From positions 1-42,865 of IMG/VR virus record IMGVR_UViG_3300031605_000006: a DNA stretch of 42,865 nucleotides. One strand, given 5' to 3'. The DNA comes from a virus. Its lineage: Duplodnaviria; Caudoviricetes. Both the position numbers and the translations under genes were made by a program. The notes beneath the pieces are model-generated. The model was given only the letters and a program-made list of their open reading frames with translations. It was not told the DNA's origin and searched no databases. Shown here piece after piece: positions 15,207 to 24,896 of this stretch (position 1 is the first letter of the stretch; each line of letters opens with the position of its first letter).

Positions 15207-18200
15207 CCAATAACCGTGATCGCCCACGTTCCCGCTACGTTGGCATCTGCCACTTGCATTATCTTGCAAGTGTTAGCCCCGTTTGCAATTATCCAAAATG
15301 GGTCAAACCCAACATCCGCAAGTTCGTCCTCTTCGTAAGCTATGTTATTTGTCCCATCATCGTCCTCGACGGCGCGAACCGAGACCACTATATCCTTGGT
15401 TCCTAAACCGTGAGTGAGTGTCCCATACTCTGAAGCTCCACTGCCAGTAAAATATAGCTGGGAAGGGGTGGAGGTTTCATCCGTCCCCCACACAAACTCC
15501 AGTGCAAATTTATGTTCAGAAAACCCGTTAGCTAGTGTGGCATAAAACGTAACTAAATATGAAATTATTTTAGACGCACTCCAGACATCGGTTGACAGGG
15601 CACTGGAATCGTCAATATCAAAGGTTGAATACTGGGAATGCGCGTGATCCCCAGCCGCAACTTTACCGGCAGACGCCCCCACATCGAGTCGGTCCGTATC
15701 AATCGTGCCGCTGGTTATGTCACCTCCTGCGTGATTATGCGACGAAGGCGCAAACGTGGATGGTACACCCGCTATACTGCCGTAACTAATGTCGGCATCA
15801 TTGATCATGGTCGTATCAATGTGACCTTCAGAATCCAGCTTAATCAGTTTCCCAGCCGCCCCAGCACCGCCGGTATTAACAACACCTGTAATCGTCCCTA
15901 TCGCATGATTGTGTGAGTCATCATCTACTGTGCAATCAATTGATGTTGTCCCTGACCCGCTAACATCTCCGCCCAACGTGATCGTCTCATTCGCAGTTGT
16001 GTCGGTGTAGTTACCGGCGTGGATGTTTGTTGCACCCCTGTCGGTTGTCCAATCGAGGTGTTGATCTGCGTCAATGCTCGTCAGGTCGGCGTGGGCGTGC
16101 GTGTGATTCCCCTGCGCTACCTCATCACTGGCAGTCCCTACATCTTTCTCTGCCGCACCCCCCAAACCTGTCAGCGTGGCGGTGGAGTGAGAGTGGGAGT
16201 CATCAACAACCGCACAAGTTATCGCAGTGGACCCCGTCCCGATAACATCTCCGCCCAAGGTGATGCTTTCGTTTCCACTGATGTAGGATGAATGCGTGTG
16301 GTCCCCTGCCGCTACCTTGTCACTGGATGCCCCTACATCCTTTGCTGCGGAGTCGCCTAGAGTGGGTTTGTTTGAAATAAGAGCATCACCACTGCTGGCG
16401 TTCCAATCGGATAAGACGTTAACTTCCGCACCGGCATCTACGCCGTCCAACTTCGTTTTGTCAGTGCTAGACATTAAACCTCCCACACTGGTTGTGGCAT
16501 CTGCTATGGCACTGGTGTATTGGATGGTTGGCTTGTTTGAGATTACAGCATCGCCAGTAGTGGCATCCCAGTCGGATAAGACATTAACCTCCGCACCGCC
16601 TGCCACTCCATCCAGCTTTGTTTTATCCGTACTAGACATTAACCCCGCAACACTGGTTGTCGCGTCTGCAATGGCAGATTGGTATTGGACGGTTGGCTTG
16701 TTAAGTATTGCTGCGTCACCAGTGGTTGCGTCCCAGTCGGGTGACACATTGACTTCCGCACTGCCTGCCACTCCATCCAGCTTTATCTTGTCCGTACCGG
16801 ACATTAGCCCAGCCGCACTGGTGGTTGCATCCGCAATCGCGGATTCGTATTGGACGGTTGGCTTGTTGAGTATTTTTGCATCACCAGAGGATGCATCCCA
16901 ATCTGATTGCACATTTACATACGCAGAATGTGTATGGTCATCCGCTGATGCACCAATGTCAGATGGGGAGAGTGCGTCGGCGGCGTCGGTTGCGTGGGTT
17001 GACCTGTGAGCAAGCGTTGACGATGGAGTTCTTGTATCGGTTAAACGTGTGTCGCTTCCCTTAACCACTTCCCCGCTTGCAGCATCGCCCGAAGCGGGAA
17101 CATTCAAAGGTGCTGCCGTTCCAGAGTCCGTGATTGCGCTCAACAGGTGAGTGTGGGTGTAGTTCGTTGCGTGGATTGTCCCTGCGCTTGCTGCCGCCCA
17201 ATCAACGTGTTCATTGGCAACGAAATCTGAAAAGCCATCATGCGTAAGCGTTACAATGCCGGTTCCGCCATTGACACTGGTCACCGCAGAAGCGGGTGTC
17301 GCCAGCAAGGTGAAGTCGGCCATTGTGCCAGCGGTTCCGCCGTTATGAATGTACGACTTGTTTTCATCGCTGCGGACAACGATGTCACCCTCTGCCGTCG
17401 ATAACGCCAAATGCGCTGTCTCGTCCGCCGCAACCTGAACGCTGGTTATTGCAAGCGCAGGAAGGTTGGTGTTGTGAATCGTTCCCGCGCTCGAAGCCGT
17501 CCAGTCGATGTGTTCGGCTGTGACAAAATTGGTCAGCGCGTCATGGTCGACCGAATCGCTGCCTGTTGCTGCGTGCGATGCTGCATGGCTATTGGGGTCA
17601 CGGTCGTCAGCCAAGCGGCTGTCGTTGCCTACGCAGACTTCCCCACTGGAATTTCCAAAATCCTTGTTGAATGCGGCGTTCTTGGTGAATGCCGCTTCCG
17701 CCCCTATGTCCGCTGGGGACAAGGCATCCAACCCTCCCGTTTCGTGGGTTGACTTATGGGTGAGTGTGGATGATGGGGTTCTTGTGTCACTTAACCGAGT
17801 GTCGCTCCCCTTAACCACTTCCCCAATTGCAGCATCACCAATTGCTGGGACGTTAAGTGGCGCGGCAGTTCCAGAATCAGTAACGTCTGTTAAAGTGTGA
17901 GAGTGGCTGGATGCGGCTTTCGTCGCTAGTAAAGTGTCGGCTTCTGTCTCGGTGTAGTATCTGTCATCGTGGGTGTGACTTGAATCCGCCTTCGTTGCCA
18001 GTAAGGTGTCTGCCTCGGTTTCAGTATAATACCGGTCATCGTGGGTGTGACTCGTTGCCGCTTTAGTTGCTAGTAAGGTGTCAGCTTCCGTCTCGGTATA
18101 ATACCTATCATCGTGGGTATGACTTGTTGCCGCTTTCCCAGTAAGCAGAGTGTCTGTCTCTGTCTCGGTGTAGTATATGTCGCCGTGCGTGTGACTTGTT

Positions 18201-18910
18201 CCCGATTTAGTTGCCAGTAAAGCGTCGGTTTCCGTTTCTGTATAATACCGGCCATCGTGTGTATGTGTAGTTGCCGATTTTGTAGCCAGCAGGGTGTCTG
18301 CCTCTGTCTCGGTATAATACCTGTCATCATGGGTATGGCTGGTTCCCGATTTGGTCGCTAGTAAAGTATCGGTTTCAGTCTCGGTGTAGTATATGTCACC
18401 GTGCGCGTGGCTAGTTGTGGAGTAGGTCGAAGTATCCACATCGTAAGTCTCGGCTCCGGTGCGCTTAATAAATCCCGTGTCGCTATCTGGCACATCGGTA
18501 TGCATTACTGCACCAGCAGCGTTTACGTTTGTTGCCGTTACCGTTGCATCACTCCCGGCAGTGCCGTTAGTCCCATCAGTACCATCAGTACCATCAGTAC
18601 CATCAGTGCCATTAGTGCCATTAGTTCCGGCAGTACCGTTAGTACCCGCTGCCCCAGGTGTTCCAGTTGCTCCAGTAGCTCCCCGCCCCCCAGTTGCTCC
18701 AGTAGCTCCAGTTGCCCCGCTCCCGGTTTGAACGAGGGAATCTCCGCTGGAAGTTGTTACGAGGTTCCCCGGTCTAAATTTCCCGTCTGTTCCTGCAATC
18801 AGCACCTGACCCGGAGTGGCACGCGCCAACTTGGTTGGGTTAATCTTTGCCTCTTTACTGATCTTACCGTCAGTGATTGAGAGGGGAAAGATGTCAGTGG
18901 TGCTTGGCAT
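15203..18910 (-). CDS. Long tail fibre with collagen-like and His-rich repeats
   Basis: G-x-T triplets, seven HTHDDRYYTETEADTLLATK-type repeats, SDW...NKPT and GLMSSTDKTKLDG repeats, C-terminal THGLGTKDIVVSV. Confidence 0.85.
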   Translation of the reverse strand: MPSTTDIFPLSITDGKISKEAKINPTKLARATPGQVLIAGTDGKFRPGNLVTTSSGDSLVQTGSGATGATGATGGRGATGATGTPGAAGTNGTAGTNGTNGTDGTDGTDGTDGTNGTAGSDATVTATNVNAAGAVMHTDVPDSDTGFIKRTGAETYDVDTSTYSTTSHAHGDIYYTETETDTLLATKSGTSHTHDDRYYTETEADTLLATKSATTHTHDGRYYTETETDALLATKSGTSHTHGDIYYTETETDTLLTGKAATSHTHDDRYYTETEADTLLATKAATSHTHDDRYYTETEADTLLATKADSSHTHDDRYYTETEADTLLATKAASSHSHTLTDVTDSGTAAPLNVPAIGDAAIGEVVKGSDTRLSDTRTPSSTLTHKSTHETGGLDALSPADIGAEAAFTKNAAFNKDFGNSSGEVCVGNDSRLADDRDPNSHAASHAATGSDSVDHDALTNFVTAEHIDWTASSAGTIHNTNLPALAITSVQVAADETAHLALSTAEGDIVVRSDENKSYIHNGGTAGTMADFTLLATPASAVTSVNGGTGIVTLTHDGFSDFVANEHVDWAAASAGTIHATNYTHTHLLSAITDSGTAAPLNVPASGDAASGEVVKGSDTRLTDTRTPSSTLAHRSTHATDAADALSPSDIGASADDHTHSAYVNVQSDWDASSGDAKILNKPTVQYESAIADATTSAAGLMSGTDKIKLDGVAGSAEVNVSPDWDATTGDAAILNKPTVQYQSAIADATTSVAGLMSSTDKTKLDGVAGGAEVNVLSDWDATTGDAVISNKPTIQYTSAIADATTSVGGLMSSTDKTKLDGVDAGAEVNVLSDWNASSGDALISNKPTLGDSAAKDVGASSDKVAAGDHTHSSYISGNESITLGGDVIGTGSTAITCAVVDDSHSHSTATLTGLGGAAEKDVGTASDEVAQGNHTHAHADLTSIDADQHLDWTTDRGATNIHAGNYTDTTANETITLGGDVSGSGTTSIDCTVDDDSHNHAIGTITGVVNTGGAGAAGKLIKLDSEGHIDTTMINDADISYGSIAGVPSTFAPSSHNHAGGDITSGTIDTDRLDVGASAGKVAAGDHAHSQYSTFDIDDSSALSTDVWSASKIISYLVTFYATLANGFSEHKFALEFVWGTDETSTPSQLYFTGSGASEYGTLTHGLGTKDIVVSVRAVEDDDGTNNIAYEEDELADVGFDPFWIIANGANTCKIMQVADANVAGTWAITVIG

Positions 18911-19302
18911 TATGTCCCTAGATCGAGTTCAATTAACCCGCTATACTTGGGATCATTTATCCCCCCCGTTACTTTGACTTGGTATCCTGCCGTCACATCT
19001 GCGCTGGCCAAGTTGGTTATCCTGTGAGTTGTCCTCCCAGTTGCCGTGTCAAAGGCACTAACAACATGATCCGAGTCTTCCGCAACTGTCACCCAACTAC
19101 CCCCCGCTAGCTTCCTTTCCCATATCACGTTGGCGTCCTCTATCCCTCCAGCACCCAACCCAACAACTGGGGCCGTGATTGTCGCTCCCATTGTTACGCT
19201 CCCAAGAATAGCAACTGTGTGAAGATGACTATCAAGCGCAATGCTCGGATCGTCATCATCGACGTATAGAAGGGCGATAAAAGCTGTTCGTCTAGCCAGC
19301 AT
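18910..19302 (-). CDS. Ig-like virion accessory protein
   Basis: IWERK...ITNLASADVTAGYQVKVT resembles Ig-fold strands. Confidence 0.5.
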   Translation of the reverse strand: MLARRTAFIALLYVDDDDPSIALDSHLHTVAILGSVTMGATITAPVVGLGAGGIEDANVIWERKLAGGSWVTVAEDSDHVVSAFDTATGRTTHRITNLASADVTAGYQVKVTGGINDPKYSGLIELDLGT

Positions 19303-20159
19303 TATACCGTTACTGCATAAGCGGCAACCACATCAGCGTCAGTCGCCCCAAAGGAGGTTATGGACAAGAGGGCAACCTTTGCTGCCGGTATGTTTGGTGG
19401 ACCTATATTCAAAGTCCTTTCGGGCCAACTCCAATTTGTCGGCCAATTATCTGACTCTGCACTGTCCCCAAATCGAGGTGCGGCTCCAGTTGCGGGAGCT
19501 TTAATTCTGACCGTCATGCATTTAACGGTTGTTGACGATTGGTTTGTCACCGTTATTTTGTAATCCTTGTCAGCAGTCAGAGTGATCGTCTGGAAGGGCG
19601 AGCCATCCAAGTCAACCACCAGCGTTAAGTTTGTCCCAGAACCAGTAACAAGGTCTCCTGTTATGTCGGATAGGACATACTCTGTTGTTCCAACTTTCTG
19701 GACTGCGCTTATCTTTGCCCTCTTCAACTGCACCGTGTCATCTGCCAAGTCGTCTACGCTGGTATCGTGAACCATCACATAGTCATCGACGGCAACACTA
19801 TCCAGCACTGTCAGCCCTTCGACGATGTTGCTGTTGCTGCTGCTGTTCTTCTTGACTATCAGATTCTCAGATACCACCGACTCGTTTGCTAGCTTGGCAA
19901 GCGTTACAGCATCGTCAACGATGTGGTCGGTTGTTACCGCAGCATTTGCGGACCCTGTACTGGAGTCATCCTTTAATACGGTTTGAGTTACCGAATCTGG
20001 ACCTAGCTTTGCTTCCGTTACTGACCCTGCCGCAATCTCTGTAGACGTTACGCTACCTGTCACCGCAACCGTGGGGGTAGCACCTGCATTCAGTGCCGCC
20101 CTTGTTACGTTGCCCGTTGAGAAGTCGTGTCCCTTCTGTACTGTTACTGTTAAGCTCAT
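19302..20159 (-). CDS. Short tail fibre/fibre-anchoring protein
   Basis: GSVTEAKL and DAVTLAKL fibre-shaft repeats. Confidence 0.65.
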   Translation of the reverse strand: MSLTVTVQKGHDFSTGNVTRAALNAGATPTVAVTGSVTSTEIAAGSVTEAKLGPDSVTQTVLKDDSSTGSANAAVTTDHIVDDAVTLAKLANESVVSENLIVKKNSSSNSNIVEGLTVLDSVAVDDYVMVHDTSVDDLADDTVQLKRAKISAVQKVGTTEYVLSDITGDLVTGSGTNLTLVVDLDGSPFQTITLTADKDYKITVTNQSSTTVKCMTVRIKAPATGAAPRFGDSAESDNWPTNWSWPERTLNIGPPNIPAAKVALLSITSFGATDADVVAAYAVTV

Positions 20160-20163
20160 TTTC

Positions 20164-22650
20164 CTATACCTGTTTTACTGCTGACTGACTTGCGCTTGAC
20201 CCACCAACCCCCGCGCCCAGCAGTTCTGCGCGACCATTGGTATTCTCCACCTTCAATTGGATATACTTACCCTCACCCCGATACTTATAGCGATTCTGCG
20301 ATTGCTGATGGAGGTCGGGATCGAAGCCAACGTTGTCATCCACATCAACTCCATCTGGCAGATCAATCTCTGTGTCGGGGTTCACCGAGTAGTCCTGACG
20401 GTATTGTGTGAAGAAATCGTCCCCGGACATCGAGGCGTTAAAGTCTGTTGCATGGAATGGTTTGTCGTACTTCGTCCTGTCGAACGTTAAACCTCCCGTT
20501 GGTGTAAGCACCTTTGTGTTTTCGTTTGCCCCGTCAAAGAGTGCCTTAACCGTCAGTGTCGGTTCACTGGTTGCCAACTGGACCTCCGCAACCGACCACC
20601 GTTTCGAGAGTATCAAGCCGCCAGTATAGCCACGGGTAGTAACCTCATCTGAAACCTGCTGAATTGATATGCCTCCATCGCTGGACCCTTTCTCGTCCAC
20701 AAACCCACATACCGACAGGTCATCGTCGTAAAGGTTTATGAACCCGTCTGTGGACAGGAAGAACAACCTGCGCTTCCCTTGGTAAACTGTCTCCACAAAC
20801 TTCTTCACCTTCACCACATCTACACCGTCATCGTATCCCGCCCACGCTTTCACCAGAAAGTCGTACACAAGGATTGCATTGTTCTCGGTTGCCCCGTCCA
20901 ACGGGACTGCCATGTAGAGACGGTTGTTGTGGTATGCCGCAGAAGCACCGGAAGCATAGTTCCAGTTGATCCTGTCGATGAGAGGTTGTATCGGGTCGGA
21001 CAAGGGAAGATCAACCGCAGTCACCTTTCCATTGCTCGCAATCCCCAAGCTTGTGACGCCGCGCTTGCTGGACAGAAACACCACATCACTCCCCACCTGC
21101 ACAATGGAGTTCCTGCCAACCGCACCGTACTCACGGGTAACCTCATCGAGCGTAATGTCCGATAGATTGCCATATATGTTGCTGACAATGTAGATGCTGT
21201 TTGTCTTAAAGCACGCAACCGTTGAATTGTTGATCCGCACCAACGAGACAAGCTCATCCTCACTACCTTGGTTGATCTTGAAGTTCGCCATTACGGGTTG
21301 ATAACGGGTGTAGTTCAGGTAATCACTTGCGGCAACCAAGTCCTTGTCGTGCGGTACTAAAAGTCTGTTAGAGAAGAACAACCCTGTGGACCCATTGGGA
21401 ATCGTGACAGTTCCATCCGAGTCGTTCTCGTCAATCGTCGAGTCGCTGGACTCAGGGGCGACTGACTTAAACCCTTCATCCACCCTCTCCATCACCAAAG
21501 GTTCAAGCGACTCGCCCCTGAACATGATGACAACATTAAAGCACTGCACGAACTCTACATCCGCACTAATGCTACCCCCTCCGAGTAGAACTGATGGATT
21601 CGATTCCTTGGTCGCATAAACCCCGTCCGCAGTAGCTACAAGCAGATACTCAACTGACTGCGGATCGCGGAAAATCCCCGCACCATATACTGTGCCGTAA
21701 CCGTAGGTTCTTGACCCAAGATCGCCCCAACCAGATGTTAGTGTTGAAACATTCGTGCTGGAGTTATAGGTCGCAATTGGGGGTTCTGTGCCGGGGTCTG
21801 TGGAACTGTCCCGCTGAAAGAATGGCCCTATCTGACCTGACCCCCCTGAAGGAGTGGAATTGTTGCTGGCTGGACCAGCAGTGTTGGACTGACCCCCTCC
21901 AATGGGCAGGACCGCACGAAGCAAAACCTTCTCAGGGGTCGCACCCTCCGAGATGGAGATAGTGTCAACGCGACCGTCGAAATCTTGGCTTGCTTGAATG
22001 TAAAGTCGGTCTGGGTTCTCCCCGGCAGATGTTACCGAAACCGTATGGGTGTCATTCGCGCTTAACGCTGCCGAACTCCCGGTTGTCCCTGCAAAAATTG
22101 TCACGGTTCCCGTGCTGCGGTTGGAGATGGCAAGAGTGAATGAATAATCGCACCCCAATACTGCATGAATATCTTGATAAAGATTATCAACACCACTGGT
22201 ATGCGCTACATGCTCTGCGTAGTTGCTGTCGCTACCGTCAACTGCCCACCCAGAACTACCTCCAAGTCCTCCAACCGATCCATCCACTGCCGTTAACCAA
22301 CTGGCAGAAGTGGAGAAGTCTCCATTGGCTATAATTGCATTGGTTGAATACAACGCCACCGTCCCTGTTCCACTTGTAATGGACTCACTGGTTCCCGTAA
22401 TGACTGCGGCTCGGCCACTGTAAGTCACAATGTCATTTGGGCTGTAACTCTTCTCTGCCCAAGCATCATGTGATTTGTTTGTCCACGGCATCTTCTTTAT
22501 GCCCGGACGGGTCGCCGCTTTGCCGTTGGTAAACCTCTTGTTCTTCGCCCCGGCAACATACCCAGGTGGAAGCAAGGCAGGGTTCATTCGCATGTTGACC
22601 CCGGTGAAACCGGCATCCCCATCTGCGATCACTGGCGGCTTTACTGGCAT
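20164..22650 (-). CDS. Tail nozzle/stabilisation protein (beta-propeller, P22 gp10/T7 gp12-like) with an N-terminal insertion
   Basis: FTGVNMR start, GAVGRNSIVQVGSDVVFLS, LSDPIQP, ILVYD...W patterns. Confidence 0.75.
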   Translation of the reverse strand: MPVKPPVIADGDAGFTGVNMRMNPALLPPGYVAGAKNKRFTNGKAATRPGIKKMPWTNKSHDAWAEKSYSPNDIVTYSGRAAVITGTSESITSGTGTVALYSTNAIIANGDFSTSASWLTAVDGSVGGLGGSSGWAVDGSDSNYAEHVAHTSGVDNLYQDIHAVLGCDYSFTLAISNRSTGTVTIFAGTTGSSAALSANDTHTVSVTSAGENPDRLYIQASQDFDGRVDTISISEGATPEKVLLRAVLPIGGGQSNTAGPASNNSTPSGGSGQIGPFFQRDSSTDPGTEPPIATYNSSTNVSTLTSGWGDLGSRTYGYGTVYGAGIFRDPQSVEYLLVATADGVYATKESNPSVLLGGGSISADVEFVQCFNVVIMFRGESLEPLVMERVDEGFKSVAPESSDSTIDENDSDGTVTIPNGSTGLFFSNRLLVPHDKDLVAASDYLNYTRYQPVMANFKINQGSEDELVSLVRINNSTVACFKTNSIYIVSNIYGNLSDITLDEVTREYGAVGRNSIVQVGSDVVFLSSKRGVTSLGIASNGKVTAVDLPLSDPIQPLIDRINWNYASGASAAYHNNRLYMAVPLDGATENNAILVYDFLVKAWAGYDDGVDVVKVKKFVETVYQGKRRLFFLSTDGFINLYDDDLSVCGFVDEKGSSDGGISIQQVSDEVTTRGYTGGLILSKRWSVAEVQLATSEPTLTVKALFDGANENTKVLTPTGGLTFDRTKYDKPFHATDFNASMSGDDFFTQYRQDYSVNPDTEIDLPDGVDVDDNVGFDPDLHQQSQNRYKYRGEGKYIQLKVENTNGRAELLGAGVGGSSASQSAVKQV

Positions 22651-22844
22651 TACTTTCTCTCTATCTGGTACTCAAGGTCCGCAACGGTCCTTAAAGCTTC
22701 CCTAGTCCACTCTGGTGCGTGTTGTGCTGCCCTGTGGAACTGAGGGTGATCTGTCAGGGTCTTCACTCCATTCAGTTCCCTCATTGTCCCGCACCCCACC
22801 AGCAAGACGAATAGCATTGTCGATATGAGTAAGTTTCTCATCAT
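22650..22844 (-). CDS. Lipoprotein, o-spanin candidate
   Basis: MMRNLLISTMLFVLLVG-C lipobox; overlaps 22702-22953 in another frame. Confidence 0.6.
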   Translation of the reverse strand: MMRNLLISTMLFVLLVGCGTMRELNGVKTLTDHPQFHRAAQHAPEWTREALRTVADLEYQIERK

Positions 22845-22953
22845 ATCGCCCCTTCGCTTTTGCCTCTCTGATTCCATCTGCTACCTTCAAAAAAAGCCGT
22901 TCCAGTGACGGGACGGCTTTTAACAACGCTACAATTGCGCTGACGATTCCCAT
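22702..22953 (-). CDS. Membrane-anchored protein, i-spanin candidate
   Basis: Hydrophobic N-terminus plus charged helix; Rz/Rz1-like overlap. Confidence 0.5.
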   Translation of the reverse strand: MGIVSAIVALLKAVPSLERLFLKVADGIREAKAKGRYDEKLTHIDNAIRLAGGVRDNEGTEWSEDPDRSPSVPQGSTTRTRVD

Positions 22954-23180
22954 TAGCCCTTCTTTGCTGGCTTCTTTACTGGCAAAACTGTGCTTGCTGC
23001 TTCTGCCGCAGCGTTCGCAGCAACTTCACTCTTCATCACGCCAATCCTCAAGAAAACTGCCAAGCCACTTGTCACAACAAGTTGCAGCATTTCAGCTAAT
23101 TCCAGTTCGCCCGTAAAGTATCCACCTAGTGCGGCGATTATCGCGCCAACTGCCGTCCATACTGTTTTACTTTTCAACAT
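22953..23180 (-). CDS. Holin-like protein with two transmembrane segments
   Basis: KSKTVW start, two hydrophobic helices, basic tail. Confidence 0.65.
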   Translation of the reverse strand: MLKSKTVWTAVGAIIAALGGYFTGELELAEMLQLVVTSGLAVFLRIGVMKSEVAANAAAEAASTVLPVKKPAKKG

Positions 23181-23181
23181 A

Positions 23182-23508
23182 CTATTTTACCTTATGTTCA
23201 AATTTTTCTATTGCACCCAGCTTTAACTCAACAACGTTGGTTCCAGCTTTCACCGTGAGACTTGGGAACGGTATATCCACCGCAAGATACGGAACCTTTA
23301 TGTTGACTCCATCGGGGGAGATTCCCGCATCTGGAAGCACCCCTGCCTTCGCCCCCAAACATAAGGACGGTATCGGCCAAGTGAGCTTCTGCCCAAACAA
23401 GGTGACGCTTGGCTTGGGCTTTAGTGCCGCACCAAACAGGTCACCAGCATTGGCAGTCGCCGCAGTTAGCAGCAATGCCCCGATAACAATATATTTAATC
23501 TGCTTCAT
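23182..23508 (-). CDS. Secreted beta-rich hypothetical protein
   Basis: Signal peptide ending ATANA. Confidence 0.6.
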   Translation of the reverse strand: MKQIKYIVIGALLLTAATANAGDLFGAALKPKPSVTLFGQKLTWPIPSLCLGAKAGVLPDAGISPDGVNIKVPYLAVDIPFPSLTVKAGTNVVELKLGAIEKFEHKVK

Positions 23509-23657
23509 CTGTTTATCAACTGTCGAATCTTCAAAATTATGTACACCAAGCTCGCCGCACTAATCCCGACCTTCAAAATCATATCAATATCCACAAGCCA
23601 GTTGCCCAACCCTGTTACACTCGCAAAACAAACCTTTATATCATCCAGCCAACTCAT
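23505..23657 (-). CDS. Small holin-like membrane protein (start MSWLDD)
   Basis: ATGA coupling; hydrophobic helix with a basic end. Confidence 0.55.
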   Translation of the reverse strand: MSWLDDIKVCFASVTGLGNWLVDIDMILKVGISAASLVYIILKIRQLINR

Positions 23658-23917
23658 GGGTTTATCGTGTCCAAAAACAGACCCGCATTGTAGCGGGGAT
23701 AATGGCATTGGTGACAGTTTGCCTCCTGCGGAATTGCAACAACAAATCTCCCCCTGTCAGAAATATTCATGGCGTAAGACCGAATGACCGTCATGCACGC
23801 CACCCTCTGCGCCTTCCGCTTTGCGGTGCTAACGGCAGTCAAGAGCAACGACGAAAGAACCGCGATAATCGCCACTACCACTAGCAGTTCAATCATCGTT
23901 GTTCCCCTTTTTCCCAC
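23654..23917 (-). CDS. Prepilin-type N-terminal cleavage/methylation protein with a CxxCH motif
   Basis: KRG|TTMIELLVVVAIIAVLSSLLLTAVSTAKRKAQRVAC with Glu at +5; NCHQCHY. Confidence 0.8.
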   Translation of the reverse strand: MGKRGTTMIELLVVVAIIAVLSSLLLTAVSTAKRKAQRVACMTVIRSYAMNISDRGRFVVAIPQEANCHQCHYPRYNAGLFLDTINP

Positions 23918-23925
23918 TCATGGTT

Positions 23926-24255
23926 TTATTCTTCAGCCGGTGCTTCTGGCTCCGCTGCCACAACCGTCTCATCACGCTCAAGCCCAAGCGCATTCAGCGC
24001 GAGTCCGACAATGTACTCGGAATCGGAACCGGCAGCATCTGGAGTCCAGTTGCGCCACGCATCGCCATCAACCTTGAGCAGTGTCGAGACGAGCGGCGCA
24101 TTGCCCCATATCTCATCACCGTCTGCGTTGGTGAACTTACCCCAGCCAACTACGCTGAACTGCATCGAGAACTCAGCCGCGCTGTTTAAGCTGATTCTTA
24201 CTTTCGAGACGTTGAGTCCCGCTTCAGGATTGGGTATTGTATTAACTTCAATCAT
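23926..24255 (-). CDS. Tail fibre-associated protein (start MIEVNT)
   Basis: Follows the spike cassette; acidic. Confidence 0.55.
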   Translation of the reverse strand: MIEVNTIPNPEAGLNVSKVRISLNSAAEFSMQFSVVGWGKFTNADGDEIWGNAPLVSTLLKVDGDAWRNWTPDAAGSDSEYIVGLALNALGLERDETVVAAEPEAPAEE

Positions 24256-24265
24256 CGTTCCAAAA

Positions 24266-24892
24266 TTATTCTGCCGTATCTTTCCACGGCGTTTTCTCAA
24301 CCACACTCTCGGCGCGGACAACTACTGTCTCGCTGGTTTCCTCAACCGCTTCAACGGCGGGGCTGACCTCGTAAGATTCCATCACCGGCACTTCGTGTTC
24401 GCCAATTTCCTCACCGGCTTCATCGTAAAGTTTGTGCGTCACAACTTGCGGAGTGCTGACTTGCTTGGTGACGGTTTCGGTTGTGGTCTGCTCAACAAAC
24501 TTGCCATCTACCTCGACGATTTCAGTCTTGGAGACTTCGCTTTCTTCTTCGCTTTCAACGACCACTTGCCGCTCGCCCAGCACCGCATCAACGGCGGGTT
24601 GCGCTGGCGTTACGGTTGTCTCTTTGATTTCTGCGTTCTTCGCGCCACCGGCAATCCACGCCTCAAATGATTCAAGCGCGGTCTTGTCCTCAAGTTGCGG
24701 CACATCTGCCTCTGGATACTGCTTGCGTAGTATCTCGACCTTCAGCGTGTCCTCTTTCGCATCGAGGAACTCTTGCGGGTCGGCATCTTTCGGAATGTCG
24801 CCGTGCCAAGTTTTCGCGCCGTCATAGTCGATGGAGAAGTAGACCGTTTGGTCGGTGTCGTTCTCCCGCGTGTTGTTAATTGTAATTGCCAT
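24266..24892 (-). CDS. Acidic fibre-associated/chaperone-like protein
   Basis: Glu/Val/Thr-rich; directly after the spike gene. Confidence 0.6.
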   Translation of the reverse strand: MAITINNTRENDTDQTVYFSIDYDGAKTWHGDIPKDADPQEFLDAKEDTLKVEILRKQYPEADVPQLEDKTALESFEAWIAGGAKNAEIKETTVTPAQPAVDAVLGERQVVVESEEESEVSKTEIVEVDGKFVEQTTTETVTKQVSTPQVVTHKLYDEAGEEIGEHEVPVMESYEVSPAVEAVEETSETVVVRAESVVEKTPWKDTAE

Positions 24893-24896
24893 TGTC

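Noticed and set aside
17896-18410. CRISPR array or DGR template in the 72-nt periodic repeats
   Set aside because: Repeats are in-frame protein repeats varying at synonymous sites, with no unique spacers; no cas operon or reverse transcriptase was seen
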